From: Lytechinus pictus
Lineage: Eukaryota
Reading direction: 5' to 3'
NCBI RefSeq assembly: GCF_037042905.1
Contig: NC_087251.1
Location: 11,100,001 to 11,164,000 of the forward strand
DNA: 64,000 nt
This document shows, piece after piece, positions 38,869 through 51,153 of this stretch (position 1 is its first letter; every line of letters begins with the position of its first letter). The notes beneath the pieces were generated by a model. That model saw only the letters and a program-made list of their open reading frames with translations, was not told the DNA's origin and searched no databases. Position numbers and translations under genes: made by a program.

Positions 38869-41800
38869 ACATTACGTCAATTTCTGACTCCAATGATTAT
38901 GATGTATGTATAAATAAACTCAAGAAATACAATGGTCTCAAACTAGCTCACTTAAATGCCTGTAGTATGTATGGGAAACTAGATGAACTGCGATTTCTCT
39001 TGCAGAAAATTGATCTTGATGTATTATGCATTTCTGAGACTTGGCTATCTGAAACTATAAGTGACAATCTGGTATCAATAGATGGATATGCACTTTTCCG
39101 TAGGGATAGAACAGATGGTCGCCGTGGTGGTGGTGTTTGTATATATGTTAAAAACACATTATCATGTACTCAACGCGATGATCTTAAAAGTTCTGAAATA
39201 GAGGCGATATGGATAGACTTAAAAATATCCTTGTCTGATAATCTGTTAATATGTTGTCTATATAGACCACCTGACTCTAATACTGATTACTTTAACAATA
39301 TGTTGGATGTGTTTGAAAAGGCAACCGATGATCCATCTGATTTAGTAATCATGGGTGATTTTAATATAGATTATAAAGCTGATGAATCACTCCATGAAAA
39401 TCACATAAATCTCTTAGAAAATTTACTTCTTTTAACACAAATGATACGTAAACCTAATAGAGTAACCTTGACTTCTTCAACCTGTATAGACCACATATTA
39501 AGCTCAATTCCTCAGAAACACGTTATATGTGACGTAGCAGAAATTTCTATGAGCGACCATTATATGATATATACATGCATTGATTTCTCCACCGAAAAGA
39601 AACAACACAAATGTCGTCGTTTTCGTGACTATAAATCATTCGATGTAAATAGGTTCATTGCCTCTGTGGAAAATGCTGAAATATTCAAAGGAAACAATAA
39701 CGGTCCAGTTGAAGAAACATGGAACACCTGGAAGGAATCTTTTCTGACAATATGTAATGAACACGCACCTATCAAAACAGCAAGAGTAAAAGATAGAATA
39801 TGCCCTTGGATGACCCCTGACATTATAAAACTCATCTACACTAGAGATTTTCTCAAAAGAAAGTCAGTGGCTTCTGATGAATATGCAATACGCACTGAAT
39901 ATTATGAAAAATATAAGAAGGCAAAAAACTATATTACTTGTCTTATCCGAAAGCGGAAACAAGAATATTTCCATGATGGACACAAGAAACATAAAAATAA
40001 TTCTAAGAAGTTATGGTCAGAACTGAATAAGATTCATGGGGTGTCGAAATCTGTGGACCCTAGTTGTAATATTGAATGTAATGAAATGAATGATTTTTTT
40101 ATTAATACTGGTAAGAATATCTCTAAATAATTTTGCAAAGAAAAATTAAAGTGGAATCATCCACCATGTATCTATGAATTCAATTTTCAACCAATTGACT
40201 GTTCAAAGATTCTACGGCATTTGGACAATTTGGACTCAAATAGTAACTTAGATATCCTTGACTTTGATACAAAATTATTGAAATTAGCTGCCCCTTTTAT
40301 TGCCCAATCCTTATGTGACATATTTAACACTAGTTTAGATACGGGAATTGTACCTGCTGACTGGAAAATTGCACGTACGACACCAATTTTCAAAGGTAAG
40401 GGTTCAAAAGACGAAAAATCTAATTACCGACCAATCTCAGTCGTTAGTCACATCCCCAAAATCATAGAAAAGGAAATACAATCTCAACTACTATCCTACC
40501 TTCAAAAGCATGACATGATTAATGTTGATCAATACGCATTTCTTCCGAACCATTCAACAATAACGTGCCTACATCGTGTCTTAGATGATTTCTATGATGC
40601 ATTAAATATGAAAGAAATGTGTGCTGCATGCTTTCTAGACATCTCAAAATGTTTTGATTGTGTAGATCATGGACTTCTTCTATTCAAACTCGAAAAATAT
40701 GGAATTATCAATAATATGCTCACTTGGTTCAAAAACTACTTAAATGATAGAAAGCAAGCTGTATTTTCCAAAGGTAAATTATCTAATATTAAAAGCTTTC
40801 AATTGGAGTACCGCAGGGCAGTGTTCTGGCCCCCATCCTGTTCTTAATTTTTATTAATGATATATCTGAATGTATTACTGAAGGTACTTGCAGCATATTT
40901 GCTGATGATGTAGTAGTATTTGCCTCTGACAGTAAGTTGGAAGATGTAACAAAGAAATTACAGAAAAATGTAGACGCCTTAAATGACTGGTATAACCGAA
41001 ACCGATTACGCATTAATACAAGCAAAACCAAAACAATACTAATTAAATTAAGATCGTCTGATACATTGAATATATTCATTAATGATGATCTGATTGAACA
41101 GGTAAAGTCTATAAGATATTTAGGCATTGTGATAGATGAAAACCTGAAATGGAATGTATATTTAAGAGAATTATGTAAATCGATTGCCTATAAGATCTAC
41201 TCTTTAGGCAAGTTGAGTAAATTCCTGAGTTCACATGTACTAAATATCCTGTATAAATGCATAATTCAGCCCTGTATAGACTATGCAATCTCTGTTTGGG
41301 GCAACTGTCCAGCAGCCTACAAACTGCCCCTAAACAGATTGCAAAAAAGAGCTGCCAGATATGTATCTGGAATCAAATTGCGAGCGGGAATGCATTGATA
41401 AATCAAGTCTCCTGGCAAACTATTGACCAACGTCGAGATTATTTTCTGGCAATTCTCATGTACAAGTGTATAAGGGGCGTTGCCCCTCCCCGCTTATCAA
41501 ATGAAATTGAAATGTACTTCGATCGCCATGGCATGAACACTAGGAATGCAAATTCACTGAATGTAGTATTACCCAAACCTAACATATCCTTATTTAAACA
41601 ATCCTTCAAATATGCCGGAGCAGTAACTTGGAACAAACTCCCGGAAGACATCCAGAATGCCATTTCTGTTGAAAGTTTCAAACATCATTACAAGAAACTT
41701 CGCTCAAATCTATAACAATTATTCAACTGTTCTACTTTGGTCCATATATATCTGTAGTATTGATACTATTAGCATGATTGCCAAATAATACACATCTACT

Positions 41801-42165
41801 TATTATCGATTATTATGATTTCCTATGATTATTAATATTGTTACGATTCTTTAAATTGAGACCCATTCCTGTCACTATCGATATATAAAACGTACCTCTT
41901 TCCTTTTTCTTCACTTCTTTATCTTACTATGAGATAAATATTGCTAATTGTTCTTTTTTTTCTGATGTTTCATTTTTTAGCATTATTTGTATTCTAATCT
42001 TTGCTGTTTATAATTACATGTATTCCTAATTATTTGTAATCTTTCCTTTTAATATGTGTATATTTTCTTTATGCAGGACCATTATGTGAAACAGCCTGCG
42101 AGCTGATTAATGTTTTATCCTGTTGAAAGATGTTTTAATAAAATAAATAAAATAAATAATAATAA
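38869..42165 (+). mobile_element. CR1/L2-group non-LTR retrotransposon (APE endonuclease + reverse transcriptase ORF2), 5'-truncated and inactivated
   Basis: APE motifs HLNACS, ISETWL, GGGVCIY, LYRPP, MGDFN, CIDH, SDH. RT motifs YRPISV, FLDISKCFDCVDH, GVPQGSVLAPILF, FADD, YLGIVID. Lesions: in-frame stop at 40128-40130 and frameshifts near 40795 and 41370. (aaat/aat)n tail. Imperfect TSD tattcga/tatccga. Confidence 0.95.
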
Positions 42166-44973
42166 TATCCGACACCCACCTTCGGCGCCCCTAGGTTAGA
42201 AATCAATTCAGTGTCCCCTCCCCCCAGGTTTAATTTTGCGCCCCTAGGTCAAACATCTATTCGGTGCTCCCCCTTCTATGTTAAACATCCATTTCGCCCC
42301 CTCTAGGTTTAAAATTAATTTGGCGCCCCCTAGATTGAACATCGATTTGGCGCCCCTAGGTGTAAGAACTATTTGGCATCCCCCCTGTGTTTAACATCAC
42401 CTTGGTGCCCCTAAAATGATCATTCGGCACCCCCTTCTAGGTCGAGCATCGATTCGGCGCCCCCTAGATTGAACATCAATTTGGCGCCCCTAGGTCGAAA
42501 CATCTATTTGGCACCCCCCCCCCTATGTTTAAATACACCTTCGCGCCAGTAGGTCGAACATCCATTCGGCACCCCCCCCCCTGTGGCGAAAATCGACTCG
42601 TCGCCTCTACGTCGAGCATGAATTCGGCGCCCCTATGTCAAATATCCATTCGGCTCCCCCTACATTTAACATCAATTATACTTCAATTGGTTGAACCTTC
42701 GATTTGACACCCTCTAGTTTTAATATCAATTAGTGCCCGCAGTTCGAGCATCAATTCGGCGCCCCTAGGTTCAAAATCAAATCAACATACCCCCCTATGT
42801 TGAACATCACCTTGGCACCTAGATCAAACATCAATTTTGCGCCCTAGTTGGAACATCTATTTGGCACCACCCCCATGTTGAACATCACCTTGGCGCCCCT
42901 AGAATGATCATCCATTCGACACCCCCCCCCCCGGTTTAACATCAATTTGAGCCCGCAGCTTGAACATCAATTTGGCGCCCCTAAGTCGAGCATAAATTTG
43001 GCGCCCCTAGGTCGAACATCAATTTAACACCCCCTCCCCCACGTTGAACATAAATCCAGTGCCCCCTCCCCCCAATGTTGAACATCACCTGGCGCCCCTA
43101 GGCCAAACATTCATTCGGCGCTCCCTCCTCCTAGGTTTAACATCCATTTCGCCCCTCTAGGTTTAAAATTAATTCGCCGCCCCCTAGATTGAACATCAAT
43201 TCGGCGCCCCCATCTAGGTCGAACATCAATTCGCCCCCCCCCCAGGTTGACCATCAATTCGAATGTCCATTCGGCACCCCCTATTTCAAACATGAACTCG
43301 GCGCCTTTACGTCGAACATGAATTCGGCGCCCCTAGGTCAAATATCCATTCGGCTCACCCCCCCCCCCCCTACTTTTAACATCAAATATATTTCCCTTGG
43401 TTGCACATCCGTTTGACACCCCCTAGGTTAAAAATCAATTTGTGCCCGCAGTTCGAGCATCAATTCGGTGCCCCTACGTCGAACAACAACTAGGCGCCCC
43501 TTAGTATAACATCAATTCAACACCCCCCCCCCCCTATGTTGAACATCACCTTGGCACCCCTAGAATGATCATCCATTCAGCACCCCCTTCTAGGTTGAGC
43601 ATCAATTAGGCGCCCCCTAGATTGAACATCAATTTTTCGCCCTAGGTCGAACGTCCATTCGGCACCCCTTGTGGCGAACACCGACTCGGCACCTCTACGT
43701 CGAGCATGAATTCGGCGCCCCTAGGTCAAATATCCATTCGGCTCCCCCCTACATTTAACATCAATTATATTTCAATTGGTTGAACCTTCGATTTGACACC
43801 CTCGAGGTTTAACATCAATTTGTGCCCGCAGTTCGAGCATCAATTCGGGCCCTAGGTCCAAAATCAAATCAACACCCCCCCCCTATGTTGAACATCACCT
43901 TGGCACCTAGATCGAACATCAATTTTGCGCCCTAGTTGGAACATCTATTTGGCACCACCCCCATGTTGAACATCACCTTGGCGCCTCTAGAATGATCATC
44001 CATTCGACACCCCCCCCCCCCCAGGTTTAACATCAATTTGAACCCGCAGCTTGAACATCAATTTGGCGCCCGTAAGTCGAGCATCAATTCGGCACCCCTA
44101 TGTCGAACATAAACTCGGCGCCCCTAGGTCGAACATCAATTTAAAACCCCCTCCCCCACGTTGAACATCAATCCAGGACCCCCTCCCCCCTATGTTGAAC
44201 ATCACCTGGCGCCCCTAGGCCAAACATTCATTCGGCGCTCCCTCCTCCTAGGTTTAACATCCATTTCGCCCCTGTAGGTTTAAAATTAGTTCGCGCCCCC
44301 TAGATTGAACATCAATTCGCCCCCCCAGGTTGACCATCAATTCTATGTCCCAAGGTCGAATGTCCATTCGGCACCCCCCCCCCTATTTCGAACATCAACT
44401 CGGCGCCTTTGCGTCGAACATGAATTCGGCGCCCCTAGGTCAAATATCCATTCGGCTCACCCCCCTACTTTTAACATCAATTATATTTCCCTTGGTTGAA
44501 CATCCATTTGACACCCCCTAGGTTAAACATCAATTTGTGCCCACAGTTCGAGCATCAATTCGGCGCCCCTAGGTCGAACAACAACTAGGCGCCCATAGGT
44601 CTAACATTAAGTCAACACCCCCGCCTCTTTGATGAACATCACCTTGGCGCCCCTAGAATGATCATCCATTCAGCACCCCATTCTAGATTGAGCATCAATT
44701 AGGCGCCCCCTAGAATGAACATCAATTTTGCGCCCTAGGTGGAACATCTATTTTGCGCCCCCCATGTTGAACATCACCTAGGCGTCCTCAGGTCGAACAT
44801 CCACTACGCCATTCGGCACCCCCTTCTAAGTCGAGCATTAATTCGGCGCCCCTAGGTCGAACATCCATTCGGCACCCCCTAGGTTTAACATTAATTTGCG
44901 CCCGCAGGTTGAACATCAATTTGACGCCCTTAGGTCGAGCATGAATTCAGCGCCTCCATTTCGAACATCAACT

Positions 44974-45153
44974 TAGTCTAGATTCTAGACGTCGGTGTAC
45001 TTGTTATTTCTCTCACCTTGCTTTATTCTCCTCTGCGCGCCATCTCCAGTGATCGCGCTATCCCCTCTTTCACGCCCTTTTCATTTCGGGCGTAGAGGTC
45101 GAGGATTGTGTTATTGATCAACTGAAAAACAGAACAGTCCTGGCAAAGGACTA
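44974..45153. mobile_element. AcademH-like non-autonomous element (180 bp) with terminal hairpins
   Basis: TAGTC...GACTA ends. Each end is its own hairpin (gtctaga-t-tctagac; agtcct-ggcaa-aggact). Exact 9-bp TSD acatcaact at 44965-44973 and 45154-45162. Confidence 0.75.
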
Positions 45154-45895
45154 ACATCAACTAGGCGCCCCTAGGTCGAACATCAATTCAACACCCACCC
45201 CCTCCCCCCATGTTGAACATCACCTTGGCGCCCCTACAATGATCATCCATTCGGCACCCCCTCCTAGGTCGAGCATCGATTCGACGCCCCTTAGATTGAA
45301 CATCAATTTGGCGCTCTATTTGGCACCCCTTCCCCCAATGTTGAATATTACCTAGGCACCCCTAGGTCGAGCGTCCATTCGGCACCCCCCTATGTCGAAC
45401 ATCGACTCGGCGCCTCTTCGTCGAACATGAATTCGGCGCCCTTAGGTCAATCATCCATTCGGCTCCCCACCACCTAGATTGAACATCAATTTCGCCCTCC
45501 CCCCCCCCCCATGTTGAACTTCAATTCGGCGCCCCCCCCCCAGGTTGACCATCAATTCTATGTCCCAAGGTCGAATGTCCATTTGGCACCCCCTATGTCA
45601 AACATCAACTCGGCACTTCCTAGGTTGATCATTAGGTCGAATATTATTTCGGCACCCCCTATATCGAACATCAGTTTTGCGCCACTAATTCAACCTCCCC
45701 CCTCCCACGTTGAACGTCAATTCGATGTCAACTATGTCCATCACCAATTCGAACCCCTCCCCTAGATTGAACATCAATTATCGGCACCCCTGCGTCAAAC
45801 ATCAATTCGGTGCCCTCCCCCTAGTTTTAACATCAATTTCGACTCCTCTAGGTTTGACATCAATTCGGCGCCCCTAGATTGAACATCAGTTTGGC

Positions 45896-46111
45896 TGAAA
45901 GATGCTACTGCACCCTCTGCTTGCTTATCTGCAGTCTGCTGAACATTTGCTTCCATAGCCCTATGCAGTGCACACACACAATAGCTATCAAACACTGAGG
46001 GGTTGCCTACTCTAGCAGTTAGGTTTGGTCTATTCATAAACAAATTGAGGAGTTACTCAACCAAACAGGCTCTTCCACTGGCTAGTAAAGGGGAGTTTGA
46101 ATAAGCTTCTG
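45896..46111. other. Unidentified ~215 bp non-satellite insert
   Basis: The satellite periodicity is lost abruptly. No TIR, TSD or tail is recognisable. Confidence 0.6.
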
Positions 46112-49100
46112 ACACCCCCCACGTTGAATGCCACCTATGTCTAACACCAATTCGCCCCCCCCCCCTAGATTGACCATCAATAATGTTTCCCATGGTTGAA
46201 CATCCATTCGACACCCCCTAGGTTTAACATCAATTTGCGCCCGCAGGTTGATCATCAATTTGGCGCCCCTAGGTTGATCATCAATATGGCGCCCCTAGGT
46301 TGATCATCAATTTGGCGCCCCTATTTCGAACATCAATTCAACACCCCCCACGTTGAACATCAATTCGGCGCCCCCCCCCCCCAGTTGAAAATCAATTGGA
46401 CGCCCCCAAGTTCAAACATCAATACGGTATCCCCCCATAGGTTTTACATCAATTTCGCCCCCCAGGTCGAGCATCAATTCGGCGCCCCTACGTCGAACAT
46501 GAATTCGGCGCCCCTAGGTCAAACATCCACTCGGCGCTTCCTAGGTTGATCATCAATTCGGCACCCCATGGTCGAATATTAATACGGCACCACTAGGTAA
46601 AATATTACCTTCGCGCCCCCTAGATTGAACATCAATTTGGGGCCCCTAAGTCGAACATCCATTCGGCACCCCCTATATCGAACATCAGTTTTGCGCCCCC
46701 ACGTCGAACACTAATTCAACCCCCCCCCACGTTGAACATCAATTATCGGCACCCCCGGGTCAAACATCAATTCGGTGCCCTCCCCCCTAGTTTTAACATC
46801 AATTTCGACTCCTCTAGGTTTGACATCAATTCGGCGCCCCCTAGATTGAACATCAATTTGGCACCCCCCCCCCCCATGTTGAACATCACCTTGGAGCCCC
46901 TAGGTTGATCATCCATTCAGCACCACTATCTAGGTCGAACATCAATTCAGCCCCCCCAGGTTTACCATAAATTCTATGTCCCAAGGTCGAATGTCCATTT
47001 GGCACCACCCCCCCCCCCCCATTATGTCTAATATCAACTCGGCACTTCCGAGGTTGATCATCAGGTCGAATATTAATTCGGCGCCACTAAGTAAAACATT
47101 AATTCCGCGCCCCCTAAATTGAACATCAATTTGGGGCCCCTAGGTCAAACATCCATTCGGCATCCCCTATATCGAACATCACTTTTGCGCCCTAGGTCGA
47201 ACACCAATTCAACCCCCCCCCCCCACGTTGAACGTCAATTAGACGCCACCTATGTCTAACACCAATTCGGCTCCCCCTCCCTAGATTGACCATCAATTAT
47301 GTTTCCCATGGTTGAACATCCATTCGTTCGACACCCCCTGGGCTTATCATCAATTTGCGCCCGCAGGTAAAACGTCAATTCACCCCCCCCCCCCGATTTA
47401 ACATCAATCCGGCTCCCCTAGGTCGATCGTCCATTCAGCACCCACTATGTCGAACATCAATTCGGCGCCTCTATGTCGAAGTGCTGCAACTCTATTGTCT
47501 ATGAGACACCCCCCCCCCATTCGGCACCCCTAGGTCAAACATCAATTCGGTGCCCCCTAGATCGAACATCAATTTGGCACCCCAAGGTTGAACATCTATT
47601 TGGCACCCCCCCCCCCCCCATGTTGGACATCACCTTGGCAACCCTAGAATGATCATCCATTCGGCACCCCCTTCTAGGTCGAGCATCAATTTGGCGCCCC
47701 CTAGATTGAACATCAATTTGGCGCCCCTAGGTGGAACATCTACTTGGCACCCCCCCCCCCTATGTTGAACATCACCTTGGCGCCCCTAGGCCAAACATCC
47801 ATTCGGCGCCCCCCTCCCCCCCCCCGGTAGATCATTAACTGCAACTCTATTGTTTACTGGACACCCCCCCCCATTCGGCGCCCCTAGGTCAAACATCGAC
47901 TCGGCGCCTCTACGTCAAACGTGAATTCAGCCCTCCTAGGTCAAATATCCATTCGCCCCCCCTAGATTGAACATCAATTTGGCGCCTCTAGGTTGAACAT
48001 CTATTTGGCACCCCCCCCCCCTATGTTGATCATCACCTTGGCACCCCTAGATTGAACATCAATTTGGCGCCCTTAGGTGGAACATCTATTTGGCACCCCA
48101 CCCCCATGTTGAACATCAATTTTGCGCCCCTAGGTTGAACCTCTATTTATCACCCCCCCCCCATGTTGAACATCACCTTGGCGCCCATAGGCCAAACATC
48201 TATTCGGTGCCCCCCCCCCTTTAGACCATCAACTGCAACCCTATTGTTTATTCGACACCCCCCCCCCCCATTCGGCGTCCCTAGGTCAAACATCGACTCG
48301 GCGCCTCTACGTCAAACGTGAATTCAGCCCTCCTAGGTCAAATATCCATTCGCCCCCCCTAGATTGAACATCAATTTGGCGCCTCTAGGTTGAACATCTA
48401 TTTGGCAACCCCCCCCCCCTATGTTGATCATCACCTTGGCACCCCTAGATTGAACATCAATTTGGCGCCCTTAGGTGGAACATCTATTTGGCACCCCACC
48501 CCCATGTTGAACATCAATTTGGCGCCCCTAGGTGGAACATCTACTTGGCACCCCCCCCCCCCCTATGTTGAACATCACCTTGGCGCCCCTAGGCCAAACA
48601 TCCATTCGGCGCCCCCCTCCCCCCCCGGTAGATCATTAACTGCAACTCTATTGTTTACTGGACACCCCCCCCCCCATTCGGCGCCCCTAGGTCAAACATC
48701 GACTCGGCGCCTCTACGTCAAACGTGAATTCAGCCCTCCTAGGTCAAATATCCATTCGCCCCCCTAGATTGAACATCAATTTGGCGCCTCTAGGTTGAAC
48801 ATCTATTTGGCACCCCCCCCCTATGTTGATCATCACCTTGGCACCCCTAGATTGAACATCAATTTGGCGCCCTTAGGTGGAACATCTATTTGGCACCCCA
48901 CCCCCATGTTGAACATCAATTTTGCGCCCCTAGGTTGAACCTCTATTTATCACCCCCCCCCATGTTGAACATCACCTTGGCGCCCATAGGCCAAACATCT
49001 ATTCGGTGCCCCCCCCCCCTTTAGACCATCAACTGCAACCCTATTGTTTATTCGACACCCCCCCCCCCCCATTCGGCGTCCCTAGGTCAAACATCAATTC

Positions 49101-49574
49101 GGTGCTCCCCCTCCTAGGTTTAACATCCATTTCGCCCCCACTAGGTTTAAAATTAATTCGGCGCCACCTTGATTGAACATCAATTTGGCGCCCCTAGGTT
49201 GAAAACATCTATTTGGCACCCCCCCCCCCTCTGGTGAACATCATCTTGGTGCCCCTAGAGTGATCATCCACTCGGCACCCCCTTCTAGGTCGAGCCTCGA
49301 TTCGGCGCCCCCTAGATTGAACATCAATTTGGCGCCCCTAGGTGGAACATCTACCCCCCCGGTTGAACATCACCTTTGCGCCCCTAGATAGAACGTACAT
49401 TCGGCACCCCCCTATGGCGAACATCGACTCGGCGCCTCTACGTCGAACATGAATTCAGCCCTCCTAGGTCAAATATCCATTCGCCCCCCCTAGATTGAAC
49501 ATCAATTATATTTCCCTTGGTTGAACATCCATTTGACACCCCCCCTCCAGGTTTTACATCAATTTGTGCCCGCA

Positions 49575-50079
49575 AGACTTTAAAAGGCTTTGACCTTGAA
49601 TGTTATTATTTAATGTGCATTTTAGGTACTTAATTTCATTTGATTTGATCTTCTCGCAAGAACCTTTGCATTTTGACACCATGATCGCCAACCTGCACCT
49701 TTCATCCCAGAGACACCATTATACATTATGGTATATAATGTAAAAAAGGTCATTGACCTTTGAAGGCTTTGACTTTGAATTTTATTGGTAAATGTGCATT
49801 CTAGGTATTTAATTTTATTTGATCTACTTGTAAGAATCTGTGCATTTGGACACCATGATCGTCAACCTGCACCTTTCCATCTCAGAGATACAGTATATAT
49901 GAAAAGGTCAGTGACCTTTGACCTTGAAAAAAAAACACTTTCCCCAGCCCGTATTCCTCCTAACCTTTTTTTGGTAAATGTAGACACCCATACCTACTCA
50001 AATCAGCTGAAAAACCATTTCCAATAATTTTATTCCAGATTGGCTATTTTGGGGTCTTATTAAGGAATACTATACTAGT
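49575..50079 (+). repeat. Repeat with two ~180 bp units (ctttgaccttgaa...) ending in CTAG|T; possible Helitron 3' end
   Basis: Duplicated gacaccatgatcgYcaacctgcaccttt at ~49675 and ~49849. tatactagta at 50071-50080. No convincing subterminal GC hairpin. Confidence 0.4.
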
Positions 50080-50089
50080 AATCGAGGTA

Positions 50090-50368
50090 GATATATAATC
50101 CTTTGCTTTACGAATCTTTGCCGGGACGTCATTTCTAAATTTCCGATATGATACCCAATCATGATCTGAATTGGTATGCTTTGCTTTGTTTTGCCTTTTT
50201 GCGTTTACGAATAGATTGTATTATATCGTCATTAATCCACGGCGATTCAATCTTCTTTACTTGAGTCCGTTTAAGTTGAGCATGCTTATCCATTATACAG
50301 TTTAATGCATCTTCAAAGGAATTATAAGCATCTTTAACATTCAAGAGTTTATATAAACTGATTCCCAA
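50090..50368 (-). mobile_element. CR1/L2-group LINE ORF2 fragment
   Basis: DAYNSFEDALNCIMDKHAQLKRTQVKK..SPWINDDIIQSIRKR parallels the post-APE segment WNTWKESFLTICNEHAPIKTARVK..CPWMTPDI of the LINE at 38869. Confidence 0.8.
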
Positions 50369-50369
50369 G

Positions 50370-50682
50370 TAAGTAATTCCTGGGATCCCAGGAAGCCTAT
50401 TGATTTTGAGGTAAAAAGGTCAAAGGTTAAGATCACAGTGACATGTTTTCATCTTACCCTTCTGAAGTCCTTGTTAACGCGATTACTTTAGTTGAACTTA
50501 ACCTAGGATCATATAATTTGTTGTGTATTATACTGGCATAAATCCCATCAATTTTATTGATTTTGAGGTCAGAAGGTCAAAGGTGAAGTCGCCACCTTCC
50601 ACTTTTCTTGCTTGACCAATAACTCCATATTCCGTGATACAGGCGGGCGTATTATATGCTCGCCTAAGCGACACACTTGTTT
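50370..50682 (+). mobile_element. 3' part of a Helentron/DINE-like repeat
   Basis: Two units containing tattgattttgaggtca.aaggtcaaaggt. End segment aggcgggcg...tgctcgcct followed by acacttgtt. Confidence 0.55.
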
Positions 50683-50816
50683 CACATTTTAAAGGATCGG
50701 TTATACTGGGGGCAATGACCTACAAACCATATACCAAAACCGTCATTAACTCCCCCCCCCCCCCCGCCAACCATCCTTCCCACCATACTTCTATTTGATT
50801 ATTTGTATATCAGCAT

Positions 50817-51153
50817 TAAATAATAATGTTACATTTCTATAGCGCTTATTACACTTTGTTTCTAAGCGCTTTACGTTGCAATTATTATTACTCCGGTCAT
50901 CGGATCCTGACATGCCCGCAAACAATGTATGCACTTTATCCACTCCTTGGACAGCATTCCAACAAGAGCTCCAAGAATCAATTGCTATGCATACTACATA
51001 AGCTTTCGCATCCTACCGGGTACCCATTTAACACCTGGGTGGAGAGTGGAAAAGTGTGGCCTAACGCCTTGCCAAAGGACGCTAGGCCGTGGTGGGATTC
51101 GAACACACGACTCTCTGATTGCAAGGCGAGAGTCAGAACCGCTACACCCCGAC
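50817..51153 (-). mobile_element. tRNA-derived SINE with an L2-like tail
   Basis: Minus-strand head ggtgtagcggttctgactctcgccttgcaatcagagagtcgtgtgttcgaatcccaccacggcc (A and B boxes). Central aaatgggtacccgg. Tail aagcgctatagaaatgtaacattatta. Confidence 0.85.

Larger units (their letters stand above)
20390..49574. repeat. Complex C-rich satellite array (~29 kb): ~26-30 bp monomers, ~1.07 kb higher-order repeat
   Basis: Continuous variants of taggtcgaacatcaattcggcgcccc. The landmark gaccatcaactgcaattctat recurs at ~22171, 23141, 24705, 25674, 26562, 27600, 29351, 30420, 31301, 32767, 33847, 34594, 37317 and 38406. Near-identical ORF-track peptides are spaced 1070-1075 bp apart. Confidence 0.97.

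Noticed and set aside
20562..48767. Dozens of Pro/His/Ser-rich ORFs (e.g. VEHHLGAPR repeats) suggesting a repetitive protein gene
   Set aside because: They are translations of the satellite in all frames. Variable C-runs shift the frame constantly and stops are frequent.
20390..49574. CRISPR-like array
   Set aside because: There are no unique spacers between constant repeats, the monomers are contiguous variants, there are no cas genes, and the context is eukaryotic.
51080..51153. tRNA gene on the minus strand
   Set aside because: A/B boxes are present, but the sequence continues into a SINE body and an L2-like tail.
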